In this document: piece by piece, positions 47,863 through 57,663 of the stretch
Layout of the letters: each line of letters begins with the position of its first letter
How positions within the stretch are numbered: the stretch's first letter is position 1
DNA from: Alphaproteobacteria bacterium
GTDB lineage: Bacteria; Pseudomonadota; Alphaproteobacteria; Bin95
Length of the DNA stretch: 64,000 nucleotides
Assembly: GCA_963665325.3 (NCBI GenBank)
Contig: OZ224045.1
Span: 704,001-768,000 of the forward strand
Reading direction: 5' to 3'
Notes under the pieces: generated by a model
Database searches by the model: none
What the model was told of the DNA's origin: nothing
What the model saw: only the letters and a program-made list of their open reading frames with translations
Position numbers and translations under genes: made by a program

Positions 47863-48939
47863 ATGCTTTACCGCGAAGCCGGACAGTTCAAGACCAGCTA
47901 TTCCGCCGACCAGGCGATGCTCACGATACCGCTCGACCGCTGGTTCGTGTTCGCGTTGACCGCCTTTGCGGTTATCGGAGTGCCGCTCCTCGCGAGCGAA
48001 TATCTGATGGTCTCGATTCTGGTCCCGGTGCTGATCCTTTCGATCGCGGCGCTGGGCCTCAACATCCTGACGGGCTATTGCGGCCAGCTCTCGCTCGGCA
48101 CGGGCGCCTTCATGGCCGCCGGGGCCTATCTCGCCTACAAGATCGCGACCAATATCACCTGGCTGCCGATCTGGGTCGTGATCCCCCTTGCCGGGCTTTG
48201 CGCGGCCGCCATCGGCATCGCCTTCGGCCTGCCGAGCCTGCGCATCAAGGGCTTTTATCTCGCGGTCGCCACGCTGGCGGCGCAGTTCTTCCTGCTCTGG
48301 CTGTTCGTCAAGGTGCCGTGGTTCGTCAACGACTCGATCTCCGGCGTGCCGCCCGCGCCCCCGCGCAGCGTCTTCGGCTTCCAGGTCACGGGCGCCGCGG
48401 CAGGCAATGAGGCGAAATACCTGTTCGTGCTGGCTTTCGTCATCGCGCTCGCCTGGATTGCGCGCAATTTGGCGCGCTCGCGTATCGGCCGATCGTGGAT
48501 GGCGATCCGGGATATGGATATCGCTGCGGAACTGGTGGGCATCCGGCCGCTCCCGACCAAGCTCTCGGCCTTCGCGATCTCCAGCTTCTACTGCGGCGTC
48601 GCCGGCGCGCTCTGGGCCTTGTGTTACATCAACTCCGTGGAGCCGACTGCCTTCGACATCAACCGGTCCTTCCAGGTGCTGTTCATGGTCATCGTCGGCG
48701 GGCTCGGCAGCGTGCTCGGCTCCTTCCTCGGGGCCGCGTTCATCTTCCTGCTGCCGATCTTCCTAAATAGCGCGCCCGGATGGATCGGCTACTCCGTGGC
48801 GAGCGATACAATCACCCATATCGAATTCATGCTGTTCGGCGTTCTCATCATCTTCTTCCTGATCGTCGAACCGCATGGACTGGCGCGACTCTGGCAAATC
48901 GCCAAGGAAAAACTGCGCCTCTGGCCGTTTCCCTATTGA
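47863..48939 (+). CDS. LIV-type ABC permease (LivM-like)
   Basis: GYCGQLSLG, LRIKGFYLAVATL and VGGLGS. Confidence 0.92.
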   Translation: MLYREAGQFKTSYSADQAMLTIPLDRWFVFALTAFAVIGVPLLASEYLMVSILVPVLILSIAALGLNILTGYCGQLSLGTGAFMAAGAYLAYKIATNITWLPIWVVIPLAGLCAAAIGIAFGLPSLRIKGFYLAVATLAAQFFLLWLFVKVPWFVNDSISGVPPAPPRSVFGFQVTGAAAGNEAKYLFVLAFVIALAWIARNLARSRIGRSWMAIRDMDIAAELVGIRPLPTKLSAFAISSFYCGVAGALWALCYINSVEPTAFDINRSFQVLFMVIVGGLGSVLGSFLGAAFIFLLPIFLNSAPGWIGYSVASDTITHIEFMLFGVLIIFFLIVEPHGLARLWQIAKEKLRLWPFPY

Positions 48940-48998
48940 TCGTGGCGGAAACTGGCCGCAATGCCGACGAGGCAGAAACCCAAGGGAGGTTCCCCATC

Positions 48999-50306
48999 AT
49001 GCTCACGAAGAAACTGGTGACAGCGGGTGTGGCCGCAGCCATTGCGGCCGGCGCCATCGGCGTTGTCCAGGCCGAGGAAGGCCAGTTCATCCCCGCGCTC
49101 ACCTACCGCACCGGCCCCTACGCGCCCGGCGGCATTCCGACCGCCAACGGCTACACTGACTACTTCCACCTCATCAACCAACGCGACGGCGGCGTCAACG
49201 GCGTCAAGTTCATCGTTGAGGAGTGCGAATACGGCTACAAGACCGACCGTGGCGTCGAGTGCTACGACCGGCTGAAGGACAAGCATGGCGGCGCGACCGC
49301 CGTCAGCCCGTATTCCACCGGCACGACCTATGCGCTGATCGACAAGGCCACCGCCGACAAGGTTCCGATCCTGTCGATGGGCTACGGCCGAACGAGCGCC
49401 GCCGATGGGCGAGTGTTCCCCTATGTCTTCAACTTCCCGGCGACGTATTGGAGCCAGGCCACGGCGGTCATGCAATACATCGCCAACGAGATGGGCGGCC
49501 TCGAAGCACTGAAGGGCCAGCGTTTCGCCTTCATCTACCTCGACCATCCCTACGGAAAAGAGCCGATCCCGACCTTCGACATCCTGGCCGAGAAGTTCGG
49601 TTTCACCTACGACAAGTATCCGGTACCGTTCGCGACGGGAACCGAGCAGAAGTCGGTCTGGCTGCAGATCCGCCGCACCAAGCCCGCTTACATCATCATG
49701 TGGGGCTGGGGCGTGATGAACGCCACCGCGGTCAAGGAAGCCGCGAACATCAAGTTCGATATGAGCAAGTTCATCGGCAACTGGTGGTCTGCTTCCGAGC
49801 AGGACGTGCTGCCGGCTGGCGACGGCGCTATCGGCTACAAGGGCGCGACCTTCAACGGTTCCGGAACCGACTACAAGGTCTTCGAGGACATGAAGGGCAT
49901 GAGCGGCCTGAGCGACGACGGCGACAAGGGCACCGTGCTCTACAACCGCGGTATGGTGAATGCGGCCTATATCGTGGAAGCCGTGCGGCTGGCCCAGGAG
50001 AAATATGGCAAGGGCAAGCGCGTCACCGGCGAACAGGTGCGCTGGGCATTTGAGAATCTCGACCTCACCGCAGAGAATATCGAGGCTCTCGGCCTGACGG
50101 GGCTGATGCCGGTTACCAAGGTAACCTGCCTGAACCATGAGGGCACGAACCCCGCGATCCTGATCCAGCAGTGGAACGGCAATGCCTGGGAGATCATCAC
50201 CGACTGGATCCCGGCGATGACCGATGTCGTGCGCCCGCTCATCGAGCAGGACGCGGCACAATACGCCAAGGAGAACAACATCACCCCGCGCGACTGCTCG
50301 GCGTAG
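48999..50306 (+). CDS. LIV-type ABC substrate-binding protein
   Basis: Signal peptide, YRTGPYA and DGGVNGV; GGGAGG RBS. Confidence 0.9.
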   Translation: MLTKKLVTAGVAAAIAAGAIGVVQAEEGQFIPALTYRTGPYAPGGIPTANGYTDYFHLINQRDGGVNGVKFIVEECEYGYKTDRGVECYDRLKDKHGGATAVSPYSTGTTYALIDKATADKVPILSMGYGRTSAADGRVFPYVFNFPATYWSQATAVMQYIANEMGGLEALKGQRFAFIYLDHPYGKEPIPTFDILAEKFGFTYDKYPVPFATGTEQKSVWLQIRRTKPAYIIMWGWGVMNATAVKEAANIKFDMSKFIGNWWSASEQDVLPAGDGAIGYKGATFNGSGTDYKVFEDMKGMSGLSDDGDKGTVLYNRGMVNAAYIVEAVRLAQEKYGKGKRVTGEQVRWAFENLDLTAENIEALGLTGLMPVTKVTCLNHEGTNPAILIQQWNGNAWEIITDWIPAMTDVVRPLIEQDAAQYAKENNITPRDCSA

Positions 50307-50345
50307 AGCAGTTCTACCCCACCGGCGGGAGAGGCCCGGAAGCCC

Positions 50346-51158
50346 ATGAACGAGACCGTTCGCAACGAGCTTGAAGTGAACAATGTCGAGGTCATTTACG
50401 ACCACGTCATCCTCGTGCTGAAGGGCGTCTCCCTCCACGTGCCGAAGGGGGGCATCGTCGCCCTCCTCGGCGCGAACGGGGCGGGCAAGACCACGACACT
50501 CAAGGCCGTTTCCAACCTGCTGCGCGCCGAGCGCGGCGAGGTCACCAAGGGCTCGATCCTCTATCGGGGCGAGCAGATCGACGCGCTGACGCCGACCGAC
50601 CTCGTACGCAAGGGCGTCATCCAGGTGATGGAAGGCCGCCATTGTTTTGAACATTTGACCGTCGAGGAAAACCTGCTGACCGGCGCCTATACGCGCCATG
50701 CCCGCCGGTCGGAGCTGAATGAGGACCTCGACGCCGTTTACGGATATTTCCCGGCTCTAAAAAGCCGACGGCGGAGCCTTGCCGGCTATATTTCGGGCGG
50801 CGAACAGCAGATGTGCGCGATCGGACGCGCGCTGATGTCCAAGCCGCAGATGATCCTGCTGGACGAGCCTTCCATGGGCCTCGCCCCGCAGCTTGTCGAG
50901 CAGATCTTCGAGATCGTGAAACGCATCAACGAAGAAGAGAACTGTTCGATCCTGCTGGCCGAGCAGAACACCAATATGGCGCTCAAATACGCCCACTACG
51001 GCTACATCCTGGAGAACGGGCGCATCGTCATGGACGGCGACGCAGCGGTCCTGCGCGAAAACGAGGATGTGAAGGAGTTCTATCTCGGGATCGGCACGGC
51101 CGGACGCAGGAGCTACCGGGACATCAAATTCTATCGTCGGCGCAAACGCTGGGTATGA
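50346..51158 (+). CDS. LIV-type ABC ATP-binding protein (LivF-like)
   Basis: GANGAGKTT, SGGEQQM and LDEPSMGLAP motifs. Confidence 0.93.
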   Translation: MNETVRNELEVNNVEVIYDHVILVLKGVSLHVPKGGIVALLGANGAGKTTTLKAVSNLLRAERGEVTKGSILYRGEQIDALTPTDLVRKGVIQVMEGRHCFEHLTVEENLLTGAYTRHARRSELNEDLDAVYGYFPALKSRRRSLAGYISGGEQQMCAIGRALMSKPQMILLDEPSMGLAPQLVEQIFEIVKRINEEENCSILLAEQNTNMALKYAHYGYILENGRIVMDGDAAVLRENEDVKEFYLGIGTAGRRSYRDIKFYRRRKRWV

Positions 51159-51164
51159 GTGACC

Positions 51165-52403
51165 ATGACCGCTAATGGAGACTTCTACGACAAGCTGGAG
51201 ATCCGGGACCCGGAACAGCGTGAGGCCGAGCAACTCACGGAGTTGCGCAACCTGATCGCCCTTGCCAAGGACAAGGCGCCCTACTGGCAACGGACGCTCG
51301 CAGGCATAGAGGCCGGCGACATCGCCTCCCGCGCCGCCCTTTCGTCCCTGCCCGTCACCCGCAAGTCGGAACTGATGGAAGTGCAAGCGGCGGAACCGCC
51401 CTTCGGCGGCATGACGATCGTCCCTGTCGGAGAATTCAAGCGTGTGTTCCGGTCGCCCGGCCCGATCTGCGAGCCGATGGGCACGAGGCCCGACTGGTTC
51501 CGGGGCGCGCGTTCGCTCTACGCCGCCGGCTTCCGAAGCGGCGATGTCGTCCACAACACCTTCAGCTACCACTTCACGCCCGGCGCCTTCATGATGGAGA
51601 GCGCGGCGGAGGCGCTCGGCTGCACGGTGTTCCCCGGCGGCGTCGGTCAGACCGAACAGCAGGTCGAAGCAATCCAGCATTTCGGTGCAGTCGGATTCAT
51701 GGGCACGCCCGACTTCCTTAAGATCGTTCTGGACAAGGCCGCGGAGATGGGTATCGCCCTGCCCTCGCTTGCCAAGGCGCTGGTCGGCGGGGGGGCGCTC
51801 TTCCCTTCGCTCCGTCAGGAAATCCGAGGCAAGGGCGTCGATGTGATGCAGAACTACGGCACGGCGGATGTCGGTCTGGTCGCCTATGAGACCCCGGCTT
51901 TGGAAGGCATGGTGCTCGACGAGGGTGTGATCGTCGAGATCGTCCGGCCGGGTTCGGGCGACCCGGTACCGGATGGAGAGGTCGGAGAGGTCGTGGTCAC
52001 GACGCTCAATAGCGACTATCCGCTGTTCCGGTTCGCAACCGGCGACATGTCCGCCGTCGATGCCGGGCAAAGCTCCTGCGGACGTACCAATACCCGCATC
52101 AAGGGCTGGATGGGACGGGCCGATCAGACCGCCAAGGTACGCGGCATGTTCATCCGCCCCGAGCAGGTCAATCGCGTGCTTGCCCACCACCCGGAAATTA
52201 CACGACTCAGGCTTGTGGTCGGCTCCGAGAACAATCTCGACACCGCAACCCTGCAGGTGGAGGCGCCGACCCGCGACGACGCCTTCCGGGATGCAGTTGC
52301 GGAGAGTTTCCGGTCGGAATGCAAGATGCGCGGGCGGATCGAATTCGCCGACGCCCTGCCAAATGACGGCAAGGTGATCGACGACCGGCGCAGTTACGAT
52401 TGA
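51165..52403 (+). CDS. Phenylacetate-CoA ligase family protein
   Basis: LPVTRKSEL, YGTAD, RFATGD and GRADQ motifs. Confidence 0.88.
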   Translation: MTANGDFYDKLEIRDPEQREAEQLTELRNLIALAKDKAPYWQRTLAGIEAGDIASRAALSSLPVTRKSELMEVQAAEPPFGGMTIVPVGEFKRVFRSPGPICEPMGTRPDWFRGARSLYAAGFRSGDVVHNTFSYHFTPGAFMMESAAEALGCTVFPGGVGQTEQQVEAIQHFGAVGFMGTPDFLKIVLDKAAEMGIALPSLAKALVGGGALFPSLRQEIRGKGVDVMQNYGTADVGLVAYETPALEGMVLDEGVIVEIVRPGSGDPVPDGEVGEVVVTTLNSDYPLFRFATGDMSAVDAGQSSCGRTNTRIKGWMGRADQTAKVRGMFIRPEQVNRVLAHHPEITRLRLVVGSENNLDTATLQVEAPTRDDAFRDAVAESFRSECKMRGRIEFADALPNDGKVIDDRRSYD

Positions 52404-52716
52404 GGCCAATGACAGTGAGTGAGCCATCCGGACAAAGAGCTGCCGGCCCGCTGCGGAAATCCGGCGCCCGATTACCGCAGCAAGAGAACGCGGAAGGTTC
52501 AACCGAAACGGGCAACCCAAGATTTCTTGGGATGTTTTCGGCGCTCTCAGGGGGACCGTCGAAATTCCGCAGGGAACAGACTTGACGGCTCCCGTCGGTG
52601 TGGAGTGGGAAGCCGAACGTTAGTTGGGAGCGACAGCTCCTGTCGTCAGTTGCCCCGGGCGGGGGCGAAGCGGAGACCCGGGTGCGGCTAGGAACAGGCC
52701 GCCGGAGGAATGTTCG

Positions 52717-53673
52717 ATGACATGGCTTACCAATGACCGGTGGATCAAGGAGCCGGCCGGGGAGCGTTTTGCCGCGCTACTGGCCCGTCCCGGCATCCTA
52801 AGGGCGCCGGGCGCCCACAACGCTATGGCCGGCCTGCTTGCCAAGCGGGCCGGCTTCGAATGCCTCTATATCTCGGGCGCCGCAGTCACGGCCTCGATGG
52901 GGTTGCCGGACCTGGGCGTCATCGGCCTGGACGAGCTCTGCCACCATGTCCGCAGTGTTTACCGGGCGACGCAGCTACCCTTGGTCGTCGATGCCGACAC
53001 CGGCTACGGTGAAGTGCTGAACGTCATGCGCACGGTCCGCGAGCTGGAGGCCGCCGGAGCCGCAGCCGTGCAGATCGAAGACCAGTTGCTGCCGAAGAAA
53101 TGCGGCCATCTGAACGACAAGCAGCTGGCGAGCCCGGAAGACATGGCACGCAAAGTGGATGCGGCGCATCGGGCGCGCACGCACCTGCGCATCGTCGCCA
53201 GGACCGACGCCGTGGCTCAGGAGGGCCTGGAGGCCGGCATCGAGCGGGCCAACCTTTACGTCGAGGCCGGCGCGGACATCGTCTTCGCGGATGCACTGAC
53301 CAGCGAAGCAATGTTCCGGCGGTTCTCGGAGGCGGTAAATGCGCCCCTGATGGCCAATATGACGGAATTCGGCCGCACGCCTTATTTCACCGGCGCGCAG
53401 TTCGAGGCGATGGGCTGCAAACTGGTGATCTGGCCGGTCTCGTCGCTGCGCGTCGCCGCCAGGGCCATGGCCGACATGTATGCGCATCTGGCCGATGCCG
53501 ACAGCACGGAAACCCTGCTGGACTCGATGCAGAGCCGGGCGGAGCTCTATGAAACCATCGGCTACGGCGAATTCGAGGCCCTCGACGCCTCGATCTCGGC
53601 CAGCGTCGTGCCTCCCGACCTGCGCGACCTCCGCGGCCACAATATCGCTGGCGCCTCTTCCGGAGAGGAATGA
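52717..53673 (+). CDS. prpB: 2-methylisocitrate lyase
   Basis: GLPDLG, DADTGYG, IEDQ..PKKCGH and ANMTEFGRTP motifs. Confidence 0.92.
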   Translation: MTWLTNDRWIKEPAGERFAALLARPGILRAPGAHNAMAGLLAKRAGFECLYISGAAVTASMGLPDLGVIGLDELCHHVRSVYRATQLPLVVDADTGYGEVLNVMRTVRELEAAGAAAVQIEDQLLPKKCGHLNDKQLASPEDMARKVDAAHRARTHLRIVARTDAVAQEGLEAGIERANLYVEAGADIVFADALTSEAMFRRFSEAVNAPLMANMTEFGRTPYFTGAQFEAMGCKLVIWPVSSLRVAARAMADMYAHLADADSTETLLDSMQSRAELYETIGYGEFEALDASISASVVPPDLRDLRGHNIAGASSGEE

Positions 53674-53679
53674 CCCAGG

Positions 53680-55452
53680 CTAGTAGGCCGTTCCCCCGCG
53701 GCGGTGCATGTCCACCAGAGCGCGATTGTACGCCAGCATTACATCGCGTTCGTGGATGAAGCCGACCAGGTGCCGGTCCACCCGGTTGTCCACGACGGCA
53801 ATATGCTCCTCGTGCCGCATCTCCATCAGGTTGAAAGCGCTTTCGAGATCGTCTTCCATGGTCAGCATGGGCGGATTGAGCCTTGCAGCGTCGCCAGCGC
53901 AGATCAGGTCCTGGATCCCGGGGTCGAACGCAGCTTCGTCTAGGTCGGCGAGCGTGATCGTGCCGAACAGGCGGTTCGACGGATCGACGACGAAGAGTTC
54001 TCCGTAAGGGGCAGTCGCCAGCGCCACGCGCAACTCCCGCATCTTCATGGTGCGCGGCACAGACGAGAACGACCGGCTCATCACGCCGCGCACGCGCATC
54101 TGCCGCATGGCATCCGTCTCCAGCCTCTCGTCCAGGTCGATGCCGTTCTCCGCCAGGACGGTGCGGAAATAGGAGGCGCGGTTCAGCGCGCGCGTCAGCA
54201 TGGCGGCCGTCACCGTCGCGAGGGTGACGGCCATGGTGAGTTGATAGTCCCCGGTGAGTTCGACCATGATGAGGATGGTTGAAATCGGCGCGCCGAGAAC
54301 CGCGCCCGCCATCGCACCCATGCCGACCATTGCATAGGCGCCGACGCCGGCGAAGAGATGCGGCGCAACCGAACCTGCAACGGAGCCGAACGCGCCGCCG
54401 AGCATGGCGCCGAGAAACAGCGAAGGGCTGAACACTCCGCCGCCCATACCGCCTCCTATGGTGAGCGACGTCGCCACCGTCTTGGCTGCGATCAGTCCGA
54501 TAAGCAGCCAGAGGCCGTATTCGGCCTTGAGCGCGTCGTCCGTTGCGCCATAGCCGACGCCCAGCACCTGCGGGAACACCACCGCGATCAATCCCACGGC
54601 CAGACCTGCAAGCGCAGGTCGCATCCATGCCGGTACCGTTGAAGCCTCGGCCAGCTGGGCCGTGATACGGATCGACCGGATGAAGATCACAGCCGTCACA
54701 GCCGTTAAGCCGCCGAGCAGCACGAACGCGGGAAATTCCAGCCAGGAGCCCAGGCTGAATTCGGGCACGATGAAGGCCGGGTATGCCCCGTATACGGCAT
54801 GCGAGATGAGGGTAGCGACCACGGAGGACACGGCAACCGGAACGAGCGCGCCGAACGCGTAGCGGCCGATGACCACCTCCTGGGCAAAGAAAATCCCGGC
54901 GAACGGCGCGTTGAACGACGCCGCGACAGCGCCGGCGACGCCGCAGGCGAGCAGCGTCCGGGCCGCGCCCCGTCGATCGTGGAACTGCCGCGCCAGGCAT
55001 GAAGCCACTGCCGCGCCCAGATGCACGACCGGGCCTTCCCGTCCCGAAGACCCGCCAGCGCCCAGCGTGAGCGCGTTCGCCACAGCCCCGTGCAAGGCCG
55101 GCACCAGATCCATGCGACCGCCTGCGGCGCTCGCCTCCATGACTTGCGCCACCCCCATGGGCCGACCGCGCAGGAAGACGCGGATATAGATACCGACAGC
55201 CAGCCCGCCGATCGTGGGCGCAAGCACGACCTGCCAGGCCGGCAGTTCGGCGATGAACTCGGTAAGGTCTTCTTCGCCCGTGCCGAGGAAGACCGTCTGG
55301 AAGATCGCAAGCAGTTCCCGAAACAGCACGGCGCAGCATCCGGCAGCCAGCCCGACGACGAGCGCGACTGCCACCAAAGCGATCTGTTCGTCGTCAAAAG
55401 CTTGCCGAAGCCTGGCGGCAGTACGCTGCAATGTCTCCCTGCCCGGGTTCAC
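53680..55452 (-). CDS. ClC chloride channel/H+ antiporter with CBS domains; start uncertain
   Basis: GGSSGREGP, FNAPFAG, GGVFSPSL and GVGY motifs; C-terminal CBS pair. Confidence 0.92.
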   Translation of the reverse strand: MNPGRETLQRTAARLRQAFDDEQIALVAVALVVGLAAGCCAVLFRELLAIFQTVFLGTGEEDLTEFIAELPAWQVVLAPTIGGLAVGIYIRVFLRGRPMGVAQVMEASAAGGRMDLVPALHGAVANALTLGAGGSSGREGPVVHLGAAVASCLARQFHDRRGAARTLLACGVAGAVAASFNAPFAGIFFAQEVVIGRYAFGALVPVAVSSVVATLISHAVYGAYPAFIVPEFSLGSWLEFPAFVLLGGLTAVTAVIFIRSIRITAQLAEASTVPAWMRPALAGLAVGLIAVVFPQVLGVGYGATDDALKAEYGLWLLIGLIAAKTVATSLTIGGGMGGGVFSPSLFLGAMLGGAFGSVAGSVAPHLFAGVGAYAMVGMGAMAGAVLGAPISTILIMVELTGDYQLTMAVTLATVTAAMLTRALNRASYFRTVLAENGIDLDERLETDAMRQMRVRGVMSRSFSSVPRTMKMRELRVALATAPYGELFVVDPSNRLFGTITLADLDEAAFDPGIQDLICAGDAARLNPPMLTMEDDLESAFNLMEMRHEEHIAVVDNRVDRHLVGFIHERDVMLAYNRALVDMHRRGGTAY

Positions 55453-55462
55453 CGGGTCCGAC

Positions 55463-55966
55463 CTATCTGCATTGGCCGATAGAACCCTGCGCACAGACAT
55501 GCTTGCCGTCCGTCCATACGGCCCCGGAAAGGTCGGCATCGAAGAAGTCCGCCTGCCTGAGACGCGCGCCAGTGAAGTCCGCGCCCTCCAGCTGGGCTCT
55601 AAAGAAGCGGGCCCGGCGCAAGTCTGCTTCCTTGAAGACCGCCCCCCTCAGGTCCGCCTTGGTGAAGTCCGCTTCGTTCAATCTGGCCCCGTCGAAACGG
55701 GCATCGCGGAGTCCAGCAGAGATGAACTTGGCGCGCGCTCCGATCACGCCGGTGAAATCCGCCCTTTCAAGATTAGCCCGCTTGAACGACGACGAACGGA
55801 TTTTCGCGCCGGCCAGATTGGCTTCCGGCATATTGCGCTCGTCGAAAATGCAGCGGTTCCACTCGACGTCGGGCGCGGCCGCGTCGGTACAGAACGCTGC
55901 CGCAGAACCGGCGAAACCGACGAGGAACAGGATTACGGTTCGCACCAACATGGGCCTGCCCATCAT
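55463..55966 (-). CDS. Exported pentapeptide repeat protein
   Basis: Signal peptide; A[DN][LF]xx repeats; C-terminal AVWTDGKHVC. Confidence 0.9.
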   Translation of the reverse strand: MMGRPMLVRTVILFLVGFAGSAAAFCTDAAAPDVEWNRCIFDERNMPEANLAGAKIRSSSFKRANLERADFTGVIGARAKFISAGLRDARFDGARLNEADFTKADLRGAVFKEADLRRARFFRAQLEGADFTGARLRQADFFDADLSGAVWTDGKHVCAQGSIGQCR

Positions 55967-55986
55967 CCTCTTCACCGGCGCTCTAA

Positions 55987-56472
55987 TCAAGCGCCGGATT
56001 TACGCCGGATCCCGATGACACGGCCTGCTTTCTCGGGGCGCGGCAAAGCCTCATGCCGTGCCTTGGTGTCCGCCAGCTTCGCAAGAATGTCGGGTGGAAA
56101 CGGCGCGGAGCGGCGCAGGTCCATGTCGACATGCATGGCGATCAACTCGTTGGTCGCCGCCGCAAAACCCTTCTCGGCGTGATACATGACATGAAAATAA
56201 TGAAGCCGCTTCTCATCGAAATCGAGCAATTGCGTCGTAAATCGCAACGGGTCTCCTTCCAGAACCTCCTGGTCGTAGGTAATGTGGCCTTCCAGCGTGA
56301 AGGTCGAAAAATTACCAGCAGCCTTGTAATGTTCTCCGCAGCCCATTGCATCGTAAAAGGCGTCGGTAGCATGGTCGAAAGCAAGGAAATAAAAGGCGAC
56401 ATTCATATGGCCGTTATAGTCGATCCATTCGGGCTGGACAACTTCTCGGTGTTCGTCGAACAGAATAGACAT
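55987..56472 (-). CDS. 4HBT-like thioesterase
   Basis: EWIDYNGHMN and DEKRLH motifs. Confidence 0.9.
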   Translation of the reverse strand: MSILFDEHREVVQPEWIDYNGHMNVAFYFLAFDHATDAFYDAMGCGEHYKAAGNFSTFTLEGHITYDQEVLEGDPLRFTTQLLDFDEKRLHYFHVMYHAEKGFAAATNELIAMHVDMDLRRSAPFPPDILAKLADTKARHEALPRPEKAGRVIGIRRKSGA

Positions 56473-56494
56473 ATCTCGCTTCCGTATCCGTTTC

Positions 56495-57616
56495 TCAAGC
56501 TGTTTTTCTTGGCAGCACGACGGTCGCCGTGCCCAGGGCGGATGTGCGCTCGTGCTGGTTGATGCAGCGGATGGCGCACTCGACCCGGCCTTCGCCGTCC
56601 ACGATCCCGGTCTCGACCACCTCGCCCCTGCACCATGTGGCGTCACCGACGACATTATGGCCGCGGACCTGGACATTGAGGCGCTTCAGGAAGCCGTCGT
56701 CGCCCATCCAGTCGGTCACCAGGTGGCCGAGCCATGCAATCCGCTCCGGGCCGAAATCATAGGCTCCGGGAACGCCGACTTCCTGCGCGAATTCCCGGTC
56801 CCAATGCACGCGCACGGGCGGCTCCGGCACGTTGTTCCGGTTGCGTGCCGCCAATTTCGGGTGCCGGTTGTAGTACTGCCAGGCCTGCCGGTGGTTGCGG
56901 ACCGCGTAGTTGCCCCAAGCCTGCATGAAGGCCACAGCCGCAGTGACCGTATAGGGTCCCTTCAGGACCGGCCCCAATACGTCGCCTTCCCTCACATCTT
57001 CGAAATACCGGGTCTCTGCGCCCCGCGGTGCTTCTGAGAGGTATTGCGCCTGAAATTCGGCAATTTCCTCCTCGCTGTACCGATGCGGTTCCATGAGTTT
57101 CGGTTCGTATTTGGAACCACTGGTCCGCGCCGTATCCCGCTCGGTCCTAAAACACCAGGAGTCCGCTTCGGCGACTTCGCGGTCGTCCTGGTCAAAGAAG
57201 CGAATGCGGTAAATCTGTTGAATGGCGACGCCGGCAAACCGGGTCCGATGCTCGACGATATCATGTAGCCGCGACTCTGCGCGGAACTTCATCCCTACTT
57301 CGATCGGCCGCTTCCAGCGGAAATCGGTGCCGGCGAACATCGCATGGACGCCCGGAAGGCCCTCCACCGCCCCGGAAACCGTGTTCTCGAGGCTGTAGAG
57401 GATGGAGGGCGGGGCCAATTGCCGGCCCCAGCGCGTGCCTGCCGCATAGGCGGCATCGTGGTAAAGCGGGTTGTCGTCCCCGATCGCCCATGCGAAGCGG
57501 CTCGCCGCATCGGCATTGACCTCGGTGTAGAAGGGCGGCGTGACCCTGCGCACAGGCTGACCGATGCGGGCGCGAAGCTGAGCGACATCCACTTCGGTAA
57601 TCCGGCTATGCGCCAT
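56495..57616 (-). CDS. Double hot-dog MaoC-like dehydratase
   Basis: AIGDDNPLY, FEDVREGD and HWD..A..VGVP motifs. Confidence 0.85.
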   Translation of the reverse strand: MAHSRITEVDVAQLRARIGQPVRRVTPPFYTEVNADAASRFAWAIGDDNPLYHDAAYAAGTRWGRQLAPPSILYSLENTVSGAVEGLPGVHAMFAGTDFRWKRPIEVGMKFRAESRLHDIVEHRTRFAGVAIQQIYRIRFFDQDDREVAEADSWCFRTERDTARTSGSKYEPKLMEPHRYSEEEIAEFQAQYLSEAPRGAETRYFEDVREGDVLGPVLKGPYTVTAAVAFMQAWGNYAVRNHRQAWQYYNRHPKLAARNRNNVPEPPVRVHWDREFAQEVGVPGAYDFGPERIAWLGHLVTDWMGDDGFLKRLNVQVRGHNVVGDATWCRGEVVETGIVDGEGRVECAIRCINQHERTSALGTATVVLPRKTA

Positions 57617-57663
57617 GGGCGACTCCTTCAGGCTCTCTTCGGGCCGGCGCTTTATAGAACCCG

